Positions 1-7,999 of a DNA stretch of 20,000 nt are shown here, one piece after another (position 1 is the stretch's first letter; the number at the start of each line of letters is the position of its first letter). Source of the DNA: an uncultured virus (IMG/VR IMGVR_UViG_3300037088_000381) (taxonomy: Duplodnaviria > Heunggongvirae > Uroviricota > Caudoviricetes). The position numbers and the translations under genes are program-made. Location of the stretch: IMG/VR virus record IMGVR_UViG_3300037088_000381; one strand, 5' to 3'. The notes below the pieces were generated by a model that was not told the origin of the DNA, did no database searches, and worked only from the letters and a program-made list of their open reading frames with translations.

Positions 1-2
1 GA

Positions 3-308
3 AGTTACCAAATACTACAGGCTGAGTTATACCTTAAAGAAGTTATAAGAGCAGTTAGTGAAACTGGTACCTATAAATATTTTCTATGCCCCGAATGTGA
101 AGTTTTATTAGGTCTTTCACCCAGAATTGTTTTAACCGAAGATGGTGGGCATGTTAATGGTGAATCCTTTTTTGAAGCCTTTAACAAATACACTGACATA
201 AACAATGCTTTCAAGGATGCTGATTTTGTTAAAAAAGCAGCAGCACTCATCAATAGTATAGGAGCAGAGGAATTTTTAAATCAGCTAATAAGTAATTTAA
301 AACCATGA
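3..308 (+). CDS. Hypothetical protein, 5'-truncated by the window edge (contains CPEC)
   Basis: Open frame from position 3 (SYQILQAELYLKEV...NLKP) to TGA at 306-308. The stop overlaps the next ATG (ATGA). Confidence 0.7.
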   Translation, partial: SYQILQAELYLKEVIRAVSETGTYKYFLCPECEVLLGLSPRIVLTEDGGHVNGESFFEAFNKYTDINNAFKDADFVKKAAALINSIGAEEFLNQLISNLKP

Positions 309-706
309 AAATATTACTCACCCACCCAAACTTAATAGGCATTGTAGATAGGGTGCAGGAAAAATGCTCTGCCCCTATCATCGGAAGTTCAAACTACCAG
401 GAGGTGCTTAATAAAATTGCACAAGGTGAAGTAGAAAAACTCGGCATTGTATTTGAAGTTACAGGCATCGATTCTTTAGAATTGATTAAAAAAGTATATG
501 CCCTCGATCCCACACTCCCTATCCTGGCCTGGGACTGTGTGGGATTGCACTTCGATGAGCTCGGAGATTACCAGGAATTACTTGAAGATCACATATTCTA
601 TATCAATAGCAAGGACCTAAAAGGCGACCCATTCTTTGAAATGTTCGACAAGTTCTATTGTGGAACCCTGATACCATTCAACTTTTTAGAACTGGAGAAA
701 ACATGA
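305..706 (+). CDS. Degenerate response-regulator receiver-like (pseudo-receiver) protein
   Basis: MKILL start and SSNYQEVLNKI...TGIDSLELIKKVYALDPTLPILAW follow the CheY-like pattern. The acidic pocket and phospho-acceptor Asp are not evident. Confidence 0.5.
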   Translation: MKILLTHPNLIGIVDRVQEKCSAPIIGSSNYQEVLNKIAQGEVEKLGIVFEVTGIDSLELIKKVYALDPTLPILAWDCVGLHFDELGDYQELLEDHIFYINSKDLKGDPFFEMFDKFYCGTLIPFNFLELEKT

Positions 707-1011
707 TTCTTAAAATATACAATTTAGGGAAAATATGTAACTTAAACTTTCTCGAACTAAATGCCGCCATAGTAAATAACGATAAGGTTATATTCACAGA
801 CAATGAGGCTCTTCATACTGTCCATTATCTTAACGACCTTGTTTGTGGAGAAATAACAGCAAAACAAATAATAGAGAGTGAGCCCGTTAGCAGTACAGAT
901 AATTTAGGAGAGTGGGTAAGAACTTCTGGAGGCCGAATTGAACATAATTATGAGCTTCTATTAAAGAGCATTCAAGAGATAGGACTGGACCCTAAGGATT
1001 TCCCAAGATAA
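703..1011 (+). CDS. Hypothetical protein (102 aa)
   Basis: Start moved from 658 to ATG 703, supported by GGAG at 694-697 and an ATGA overlap with the upstream stop. Confidence 0.65.
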   Translation: MILKIYNLGKICNLNFLELNAAIVNNDKVIFTDNEALHTVHYLNDLVCGEITAKQIIESEPVSSTDNLGEWVRTSGGRIEHNYELLLKSIQEIGLDPKDFPR

Positions 1012-1048
1012 CCGACCTGGTGCGCTTTCAAGAAGAGGCGTGGTCGGT
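1011..1048. terminator. Hairpin between convergent genes (possible bidirectional terminator)
   Basis: ACCGACC (1011-1017) pairs with GGTCGGT (1042-1048), with an imperfect inner stem. It lies between a + strand stop and a - strand stop. Confidence 0.45.
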
Positions 1049-1052
1049 GTTG

Positions 1053-1541
1053 TTAGATAATCCCATGCTGTTGCATGTTCTTTAATTCTTCAGGAGTTAC
1101 ATGAGGTCTCTTTGAATCTCCCGCAGGTATCTTATAGGTAAGTTCATTCAAGAATTCTAATGCCATATGGGCTTTATGCTTAGCTGCATCAGGGTCCATA
1201 CCCTTAAACTTAATGTTCCACTCAGGAGATCTTTCAATTCCCTTAGCAAGAAACTGCATACCTGGGTCACCAACTTTTCCTGTAGTCTTTATTAACTGCT
1301 CTACACGGTCTAAAATCTCTCCCATTGTCTTTAGCCCACTAAAGTTATAGCCAAAGAAATTGGTCGAAAGATGATGGCTTGTATGCAGCATAAGAGGCTC
1401 ATCCTGTATCGATATGAAGTATCCCTTATCTAACATTTTTTCCAGATGAGTTATCATCTGCTTAAGCTCTTCCTTGGTAAGTGTAGCACCAAGAATGATA
1501 GCAGCCATACGCTTTAAATAAGTATTAACCAAATTAAGCAT
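1053..1541 (-). CDS. Hypothetical protein; the only convincing minus-strand gene
   Basis: Fills a gap with no + strand ORF. GAGGA precedes ATG 1541 (MLNLVNTYLKRMAA...). Confidence 0.7.
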   Translation of the reverse strand: MLNLVNTYLKRMAAIILGATLTKEELKQMITHLEKMLDKGYFISIQDEPLMLHTSHHLSTNFFGYNFSGLKTMGEILDRVEQLIKTTGKVGDPGMQFLAKGIERSPEWNIKFKGMDPDAAKHKAHMALEFLNELTYKIPAGDSKRPHVTPEELKNMQQHGII

Positions 1542-1606
1542 AAAAATTCCTCTCAAGAAAAGTTATCTCACCAATAAATTATTAAAACATTATTAAGCCA
1601 GATAAG

Positions 1607-1622
1607 TATAATACAACGGAGG
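1607..1622 (+). promoter_or_regulatory. -10 box (TATAAT) and GGAGG ribosome-binding site upstream of ftsK-like gene
   Basis: TATAAT at 1607-1612, GGAGG at 1618-1622, ATG at 1631. No good -35 box. Lies in a divergent intergenic region. Confidence 0.45.
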
Positions 1623-1630
1623 TATACATT

Positions 1631-2836
1631 ATGAACGATAAAATTGGACTCCTTCAAAAGAAACTTGCTATCCTGCAAGATATGAATCGAGTCACTTTGG
1701 TTGCAAAAGATATGAAAAAGTATACGTTCCCAAGTGTAGACCTTCTCAAAGATTATCCCGAAAATACTTCTGGAAATCAAATGGATCCAAAAATCATCGA
1801 AGAAAAAATTCGTGAGTTCGGCCTCGATGCCGAAGTGGTTAATGTACGTAAAGGCCCCATGATCACCCGATACGAGTTAAAGCTTCTCAAGGGAACCAAA
1901 CTTTCCAATGTCCGTTCCTTATCCGAAGACCTGGCAGTAGCTCTTATGTCAGGGAGCATCCGTATCCTGGCCCCGATCCCTGGGACCAGCCTGGTAGGTA
2001 TCGAAGTTGCCAATGAAAAGCTTTCAACCATCGGACTTAAAACCGTTTTATCTGCAATCAAGAATGAAAAGATTCCAATAACGATAGGTGTAGACAGCGT
2101 TGGTATACCTAAAGTTATCGACTTGGCAAAAATGCCCCACCTATTAATTGCCGGTCAAACTGGTTCAGGTAAATCTGTATGCCTTAACAGTATCATTCTT
2201 TCTATCCTTTATTCAAAGACTCCTGAAGAATGCGAACTAATACTCGTCGATCCTAAACGTGTTGAAATGGCTTCCTATAAAAGCATCCCCCATCTCCGAT
2301 GCCCAGTCGTGACCGAGACCTCGGATGCTATTGAAGTATTTACTTCTTTAATAGAAGAAATGGAACACCGATACGAACTCCTGGCCAATGCCAATGTCAG
2401 GAACATCGAAAGCTTTAACGAAACAACCTCAGCCAAATTACCTTACATCGTAATGTTGGTTGATGAAATGTCCGACCTCCTTACTTCAAATAAAGAAATG
2501 ACAAAGCAACTTGAAGAAATGATCGTTCGCCTGGCCCAGAAGTCTCGGGCAGCAGGTATCCATCTTGTATTGGCAACTCAGCGTCCAGTTAAGGAAGTTG
2601 TTACTGGCCTGATCAAAGCCAATATGCCTTCAAGGATCGCCTTCCAAGTAGCGTCTCAGATTGATTCCCGAGTGATTCTGGATCGTAATGGAGCTGAGAA
2701 ACTTATCGGTCGTGGCGATATGCTTATGACTTATCCTGGCGCCTCAGACCCTGAACGGTTCCACGGGGCTTGGGTAAGCGATGCTGAAATTACTAAAGTT
2801 GTTGAATCTTTTCTTCCTTATAAAATTGTGAGGTAA
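1631..2836 (+). CDS. ftsK: FtsK/SpoIIIE-family DNA translocase (alpha and motor domains only)
   Basis: GPMITRYEL...RILAPIPGTSLVGIEV (alpha domain), HLLIAGQTGSGKS (Walker A), LVDEMSDL (Walker B), LATQRP, GAEKLIGRGDML. No N-terminal TM segments and no C-terminal gamma domain. Confidence 0.92.
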   Translation: MNDKIGLLQKKLAILQDMNRVTLVAKDMKKYTFPSVDLLKDYPENTSGNQMDPKIIEEKIREFGLDAEVVNVRKGPMITRYELKLLKGTKLSNVRSLSEDLAVALMSGSIRILAPIPGTSLVGIEVANEKLSTIGLKTVLSAIKNEKIPITIGVDSVGIPKVIDLAKMPHLLIAGQTGSGKSVCLNSIILSILYSKTPEECELILVDPKRVEMASYKSIPHLRCPVVTETSDAIEVFTSLIEEMEHRYELLANANVRNIESFNETTSAKLPYIVMLVDEMSDLLTSNKEMTKQLEEMIVRLAQKSRAAGIHLVLATQRPVKEVVTGLIKANMPSRIAFQVASQIDSRVILDRNGAEKLIGRGDMLMTYPGASDPERFHGAWVSDAEITKVVESFLPYKIVR

Positions 2837-2839
2837 TCT

Positions 2840-3340
2840 ATGAAAATCGTAACAAAAAATATGACGCCAGATGTTATTCAAGGTCTTATCGTGTGCTACG
2901 GATCAGTACCCAAAACGGCCAAGGTATTAAACATTACCTCTTCAGCACTGTATGAACGTATGCATCGAGTAGGGCTCAAGCCAGCAGGATACAGATTACT
3001 CCCAGGAGAACCAGTAAACTTTCGTGAGAAAGCAGACTGGCTACGAGACCTTTTAAAGACCAAGACCGTAAAAGAAATTGCCAAGGACTTCGGAATCACT
3101 CCCTCGGCAGTCCGTAGCCGTATGATGAGCTACGGTATCAAATTAACACTCGATAAAGATGTACGTGTCGCCATGTTTAAAACCTTACTGAAAAAGTATA
3201 AAACAGGCACAGCAGTGGCCAAGGTCCTGAATGTCTCCACTCAAACCGTTTATGAAAGAATCAAACTCTACGGTCTTGAAGGGCTCCTTCAACAAAAGGC
3301 GGTCACACATGAACCGAGAACTGCTGAATGTAAAGTTTGA
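2840..3340 (+). CDS. DNA-binding protein with three tandem Fis-like HTH repeats
   Basis: Three repeats: KTAKVLNITSSALYERMHRVGL, EIAKDFGITPSAVRSRMMSYGI, AVAKVLNVSTQTVYERIKLYGL. Confidence 0.8.
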   Translation: MKIVTKNMTPDVIQGLIVCYGSVPKTAKVLNITSSALYERMHRVGLKPAGYRLLPGEPVNFREKADWLRDLLKTKTVKEIAKDFGITPSAVRSRMMSYGIKLTLDKDVRVAMFKTLLKKYKTGTAVAKVLNVSTQTVYERIKLYGLEGLLQQKAVTHEPRTAECKV

Positions 3341-3572
3341 TAAGAATATTAAATTAAAGAAATTCAAGAAAGCAGATGCACCCAAACCCTCCCGTAACGA
3401 TTCAATAACTTACAAGAAAACAATCAGACTCGTTTATTTCATTGTCTTAGTCATAGCTTCAATCTTACTATTCAAAGGAGGCCTTGAACTCGTATTCACT
3501 TTATGTACGGGGCAACATTATAGTCTCGAACAAATCTATAAAGAAATGAAATATGATTGGAACCATCAATGA
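3309..3572 (+). CDS. Small basic single-pass membrane protein
   Basis: Lys-rich N-terminus followed by hydrophobic LVYFIVLVIASILLFKGGLELVFTL. Start uncertain (3309 preferred over 3231). Confidence 0.55.
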   Translation: MNRELLNVKFDKNIKLKKFKKADAPKPSRNDSITYKKTIRLVYFIVLVIASILLFKGGLELVFTLCTGQHYSLEQIYKEMKYDWNHQ

Positions 3573-3583
3573 GGAGGCCAACT

Positions 3584-4624
3584 ATGACGTATAGAAACTT
3601 TGATCGCCCCGAAAAATCAAACGGACAGAAGCTTAAAGAAAATTTAATCTTCATGACCGTAGCGTGTATCTTTCTTAATATCATTGATAGAGCAATCGAA
3701 TTCATAGCCAAGCCCCTTCGGACCCCAGTAAATGACGATACGGATGATTTTAAAGAAGAAAAGGATGCAGATAAAAGACAAGCACGAATTGAATACTATG
3801 CAAGGATCTCCGATGATGATACCGATCCCATGTATCAGTTCCAGCTTCGCCACCTTACTGATGTTGAAAAGTTTCGATCTCGATCTGATACCCCTACTAA
3901 TAAAGCATTAAAGGATTGGTATCTATCCTGGAAACGTGGTGAAGTAATCGACAGTGCTTTAAGATGGGCTCCAGATGTATTACTCGAAGATGGTGAATCC
4001 TATAACCCTGCATTCATCCAGTATATGAAGATTCAACTTGATCTCCATAAAAAGACTGCCTCCTTCTTCAAAAGGAAAGTCTTTTCAAACACGATCAATA
4101 AATATTATCCTGAACTCTCTTCTAACCTGACCAGGCTTGAACGTGACCTTGCTGCCCTGGAATCCTTAGTAGAGGAAGAAAAATTAAAGATCGATCTTAA
4201 AGAAGCCATTAAAACCTACGGCCTACCCGATGACCTTGCAGATTACCTTATCGAGAATAATGCAGGACCTGCAAAGCTCAAGGCCCAGGCCCAGTCTCTT
4301 AAAGAGTTTCACGATCGACGTATGCAGTCCGTTACTTGTATCTGTGCTATGGAAAATAAACTTACTATGGACTGTGCTCAGGTCGTAGATAAAGTTGTTA
4401 CCGAATTCAAACTTCCTGCAAAGGTTGGATTAGCCTATGCAAATAAAGAGATCACCATTGCCGACATTACAAACTTAGTTGAATCCATGGATTATCTCTG
4501 TGGTACTTATGGTGATGATATCTACCACATAAGGGAGGGTGAGAACTTCACTATCTATGACGAATTTATCGACGAGTTCCTAAAGGAATATAAAGCTAAA
4601 AAACGTCAGCTTAAATTCAAATAA
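3584..4624 (+). CDS. Hypothetical protein (~346 aa) with N-terminal hydrophobic segment and helical body
   Basis: Long ORF. GAGGAGG at 3571-3577 supports ATG 3584. No family recognised. Confidence 0.75.
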   Translation: MTYRNFDRPEKSNGQKLKENLIFMTVACIFLNIIDRAIEFIAKPLRTPVNDDTDDFKEEKDADKRQARIEYYARISDDDTDPMYQFQLRHLTDVEKFRSRSDTPTNKALKDWYLSWKRGEVIDSALRWAPDVLLEDGESYNPAFIQYMKIQLDLHKKTASFFKRKVFSNTINKYYPELSSNLTRLERDLAALESLVEEEKLKIDLKEAIKTYGLPDDLADYLIENNAGPAKLKAQAQSLKEFHDRRMQSVTCICAMENKLTMDCAQVVDKVVTEFKLPAKVGLAYANKEITIADITNLVESMDYLCGTYGDDIYHIREGENFTIYDEFIDEFLKEYKAKKRQLKFK

Positions 4625-4641
4625 TAAGGAAACTATTCATT

Positions 4642-5109
4642 ATGAACCTTGAAATTGCCAAACACGTAGCGGAACAAACATTGATTCAAGCCCAGGACCT
4701 TATGAGGAAGAATAGTTTCATTGAGCCTATCTTCCTCGTTCTAACTGATGAATCCGTTAACCAGGACTGGCCCCAGATGGAGATCGGGACCTTCGAAGGA
4801 TTTGAAGTTTTAATAGAGAAACACTATAAAACTTCCGAAGCATTAGTAATGATCTTTGCTTCTATCACTCGAGACCACGATGATAACTTTAAAGAACCCG
4901 TAGAAGATCTATCTGAAACCGATGAAGAGAATTATAAATGCCTGTTATGTATCGTGCATACTAAAGAAGATACTGTAGTAATGCAGAGCGTGTATGCAGA
5001 AGAAAACGGCAAGTTTCTTTTTATAAATAATCCATGGGATAAACCTATTGAAGACACCAATGGGAGTGTCTTCTCCAATCCTTATAAAAAATCTTCTGGT
5101 AAAGTATAA
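4642..5109 (+). CDS. Hypothetical acidic protein
   Basis: 155 aa ORF preceded by AAGGA. No family recognised. Confidence 0.75.
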   Translation: MNLEIAKHVAEQTLIQAQDLMRKNSFIEPIFLVLTDESVNQDWPQMEIGTFEGFEVLIEKHYKTSEALVMIFASITRDHDDNFKEPVEDLSETDEENYKCLLCIVHTKEDTVVMQSVYAEENGKFLFINNPWDKPIEDTNGSVFSNPYKKSSGKV

Positions 5110-5116
5110 AAAGAAC

Positions 5117-5145
5117 TTGACAGCAATAAATAATCGCTGTATATT
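5117..5145 (+). promoter_or_regulatory. Near-consensus sigma-70 promoter with an overlapping palindrome
   Basis: TTGACA (5117-5122), 17 bp spacer, TATATT (5140-5145). Imperfect inverted repeat ACAGC-N11-GCTGT at 5120-5140. Confidence 0.75.
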
Positions 5146-5175
5146 TAGATACTAACACAATATCGAGGTAATCAA

Positions 5176-5616
5176 ATGAGTCACAACATAGCAATAAAGA
5201 CAGCAATTAAGGACGGGAAATGCCTGGTCCGAGCCTTAGAGAGGCTCGGGTTCAAGGGCCAGGTTGAAGTACATGAATTCCCACAGCATCTGTACGGTTA
5301 TCAAGGTGATATGCGAAAAGAAAAAGCCCATGTTATTGTTCGAAGAAAACATGTTGGCTCAAGTTCCAATGACATCGGATTTGAAAACGTAGGCGGATTT
5401 TACACAGCCTACATAAGTGAATTCGACGAAGGCACTGGAACATATTCTGGTCGGCATGATACTGCCCGATGCAATAAAGTTTGGCAAAATAAACTGCTCG
5501 TCCATTACGGAGTCGAAGTAGCGAAACTCGAATGCGAAAAGAAAAAAATAAGGTATGAAGAATATGTGGATCCGCAAGACGATCAACAACGTATCCAACT
5601 TAAAACCTGGTTATAA
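5176..5616 (+). CDS. DUF1257 (Ycf35-like) family protein
   Basis: MSH..IKT.IKD...LV.AL..LGF, LYGYQGD.R, NDIGF, and ISEFD motifs. Confidence 0.85.
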   Translation: MSHNIAIKTAIKDGKCLVRALERLGFKGQVEVHEFPQHLYGYQGDMRKEKAHVIVRRKHVGSSSNDIGFENVGGFYTAYISEFDEGTGTYSGRHDTARCNKVWQNKLLVHYGVEVAKLECEKKKIRYEEYVDPQDDQQRIQLKTWL

Positions 5617-5627
5617 AGGAGACTCCA

Positions 5628-5840
5628 ATGGCTGAAATGATACTCATATTCAATTGGGATGGCACAATAACCAAGAAGACTAAAGGTTTCGTTGGAAGCG
5701 AATGCGTTTCCAAAACAAAGTTTATGGAAGATGCTTTAGGAACCACGGTGGGTGAAAGAAAGAAGACAGCAGAATATTATGAAACAGAAAAATCCAGCGA
5801 ATCCCAACGAATCGAAAACCGAGGTAACTCTAACTTTTGA
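5628..5840 (+). CDS. DUF2997 family protein
   Basis: DGTITKKTKGFVGSECVSKTKFMEDALG...KTAEYY signature. Adjacent to DUF1257. AAGGAG RBS. Confidence 0.85.
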   Translation: MAEMILIFNWDGTITKKTKGFVGSECVSKTKFMEDALGTTVGERKKTAEYYETEKSSESQRIENRGNSNF

Positions 5841-5991
5841 GGCTGACACAGTGAGTGCCTCTTGGTATCACCCTAAACTAAACCCGATCTTATGTGCTTT
5901 ATGTGAAAAGGATTGTAACAATCAACCAAAGCCAGCACCGGGAACATTAACGGTTAACAGGTGTGTTAATATTAACCCCTACTGCGGATAA
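5779..5991 (+). CDS. Small Cys-rich protein (possible metal-binding)
   Basis: CALCEKDC...C...NPYCG. Fills the gap to 6001 and overlaps the 3' end of the DUF2997 gene. Start uncertain. Confidence 0.5.
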   Translation: MKQKNPANPNESKTEVTLTFEADTVSASWYHPKLNPILCALCEKDCNNQPKPAPGTLTVNRCVNINPYCG

Positions 5992-6000
5992 GGATTAAAT

Positions 6001-6249
6001 ATGCTTACTCTACTGGCCATCGTTGGTTTATGTTACCTCTTCTCAAAGTTATCAAAAGGATTAACCCGTATAGGCAACATACTTGAAGCACTCGGAGATA
6101 AGTTAACCAATCACGACTATAAAAGGAATTATCCTCATCCCGAGGACCTTGAAGAGCGAAAGAAACATTTTAAGAAGGCTCGAAAAGAAATCATAGATGC
6201 AGACTACAACAACCATATCGAGAAACAAATCGATGAGCTTACAAAATAA
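6001..6249 (+). CDS. Small protein with N-terminal membrane anchor
   Basis: MLTLLAIVGLCYLF followed by a charged helical tail. AAGGA RBS. Confidence 0.7.
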   Translation: MLTLLAIVGLCYLFSKLSKGLTRIGNILEALGDKLTNHDYKRNYPHPEDLEERKKHFKKARKEIIDADYNNHIEKQIDELTK

Positions 6250-6261
6250 AGAAAGATAAGT

Positions 6262-6456
6262 ATGGAACCGGACGAAGCCTTTGACCGAGTCAAGGCAAAG
6301 AACCCCGATCGAGTCTATCTTATAGAGCTCGTAGAAGATAATGTAGGTTTCTATGAGATAGCTCGACGTTTTGAGGTGTCAACAACATGTGCAAGAGATC
6401 ACATAGCTAAAGTACGTAAGATGGTTAAAAAAGAAATAGAAGACTCCCCTTACTAA
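6262..6456 (+). CDS. Stand-alone sigma-70 region 4-like HTH protein, paralogous to the neighbouring sigma factor
   Basis: VGFYEIARRFEVSTTCARDHIAKVRK HTH. Aligns without gaps to the region-4 segment of 6468..7874. Confidence 0.7.
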   Translation: MEPDEAFDRVKAKNPDRVYLIELVEDNVGFYEIARRFEVSTTCARDHIAKVRKMVKKEIEDSPY

Positions 6457-6467
6457 AGGATGTTCTT

Positions 6468-7874
6468 ATGAGCTTAAAATTACCCAGCGATGTAACTAAC
6501 TTCCCGTTGTTCTATAATGAAAACCGTAAAGAGATGAATAGAATTCTCATTGCAGTGTGTAGGAAGCATCAGTTAATCCTGACTCTTCAACATATGGAAA
6601 TCGAGGATATGTGCAATGAGCTCTATATCAAACTTGCTGATTCAAGCGTGTTAAGTGATTTCGATCCTAAGCAATCACAACTCCATACATACATGACCAA
6701 CCGAGCAAGGCATTATGCTCAGCATTTAGTAACAAAATTAAAAACCAAACATGAAAAGTCAGGTCAAGCCGTTTCATTCCAGGAACTTAACGCTCTAGGT
6801 GATAACGATCTCGCTCCTGAATTACCTTCTCGAGAAAAAGGTATCGATCAAGAAATAGTCTTTAAAGATATCATCGAACGAGTAAAAGAAAAATGTCCAA
6901 ATAATTTAAAGCTTCTCAGCTTTTTAGAGAACGATGTAAGTATTCTTGATATAGCAAAACACATGGGAGTATCTACTGCCTGTGTAAGAATACAACTCAA
7001 CTCATTAAGGAAAACTCTTAAACCCCTTTACACTGAGGTCTCCGAGGAAGTCCCAGTAAAAGAAGTACATCATGATAAACCTGCAACGAAAGTTAGCAGC
7101 ATAGTAAAAATAGATAACAGTATTGTTAAAATTAACGAACCAAAAATCGAGACCGTCAAACTTATAGTCGAACCAAAAATCGAACCAGTAGACACAAACA
7201 CAATAGCTACTGTAGTGAAGCCAATCAAAAAATCAAAACCAATCAAAAAGGAGATTTATATGATGAACAAAAATCATCATGCCATCGAAAAGAAACGCCC
7301 CCTTACCAAAAATGAAATCAAGAAAATCAAAGACAGATTCATTGAGCTTGATGGTGTCATACCATACAAAACCTGGTCAAAGCTTAAAGAAACGATGAAG
7401 TCCGATATTAGTGTGTATCAAATCTCCGGCGAAGGTGTGAAGTTTCATAATGAAGTCAAAAACGGCAGCATCATACTCAAAGATAAAAAGGCCTATGAAA
7501 AAGCCCTCGAAGCAAAACATGAAAAATGGAAAACTTATGATTCTCCACGGTATAGAAAAATGTCTGAAGGGATAAAGACTGATACCAAAACGGCAGTGGC
7601 CAAGATCAAAGCTAGAACCAAGAGCCAGATGAAAGCCGTAACCAAGACTATCAAAGCCAAAGCACCTATCAAGACTCTTAAAGTCAAAGCGATCGAACAC
7701 AAAACCGAGGTCAAAAAGATTCCCGTACGCATCGCCATCCTCAAACATGATCTTACTTGGGAAGAACGTAAGATTCTGACCGAGACCAAGGTGGTGGATA
7801 AGTTCGAGATCCCCGGACTCCTGGGCATGGAAAAAGTGCCTGATGACGTGGCCGATTTCGTGGTCCTTGCTTAA
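6468..7874 (+). CDS. Sigma-70 family (ECF/phage-type) sigma factor with long basic C-terminal extension
   Basis: Region 2-like EDMCNELYIKL...FDPKQSQLHTYMTNRARHY and region 4-like VSILDIAKHMGVSTACVRIQLNSLRKTL, followed by ~280 aa of Lys-rich sequence. Confidence 0.7.
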   Translation: MSLKLPSDVTNFPLFYNENRKEMNRILIAVCRKHQLILTLQHMEIEDMCNELYIKLADSSVLSDFDPKQSQLHTYMTNRARHYAQHLVTKLKTKHEKSGQAVSFQELNALGDNDLAPELPSREKGIDQEIVFKDIIERVKEKCPNNLKLLSFLENDVSILDIAKHMGVSTACVRIQLNSLRKTLKPLYTEVSEEVPVKEVHHDKPATKVSSIVKIDNSIVKINEPKIETVKLIVEPKIEPVDTNTIATVVKPIKKSKPIKKEIYMMNKNHHAIEKKRPLTKNEIKKIKDRFIELDGVIPYKTWSKLKETMKSDISVYQISGEGVKFHNEVKNGSIILKDKKAYEKALEAKHEKWKTYDSPRYRKMSEGIKTDTKTAVAKIKARTKSQMKAVTKTIKAKAPIKTLKVKAIEHKTEVKKIPVRIAILKHDLTWEERKILTETKVVDKFEIPGLLGMEKVPDDVADFVVLA

Positions 7875-7887
7875 AGATACTTGAAGC

Positions 7888-7913
7888 GCTTGTGGGCAGA
7901 AATGTCCACAAGC
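7888..7913 (+). terminator. 11-bp stem with GAAA tetraloop (terminator-like or RNA-processing hairpin)
   Basis: GCTTGTGGGCA-GAAA-TGTCCACAAGC with one G-U pair. The U-tract is weak. Confidence 0.5.
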
Positions 7914-7948
7914 TTACTACGGTTCTGCAGTGTGTACCCATAAAGGTC

Positions 7949-7957
7949 TGTTATACT
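7949..7957 (+). promoter_or_regulatory. Possible extended -10 promoter for the AAA ATPase gene
   Basis: TG-T-TATACT at 7949-7957, about 40 nt upstream of ATG 8000. Confidence 0.35.
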
Positions 7958-7999
7958 CCTAAAGCATCATTACTATACCTAAAAAGGGCTATTATCATT

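Noticed and set aside
1631..2836. Type VII secretion EccC/EssC ATPase
   Set aside because: It has a single motor domain with the alpha domain of DNA-translocating FtsK. No tandem ATPase domains or WXG100 proteins were recognised.
7892..7999. N-terminal extension of the AAA ATPase from GTG 7892
   Set aside because: This stretch contains a hairpin and a promoter-like element. Family similarity begins after ATG 8000.
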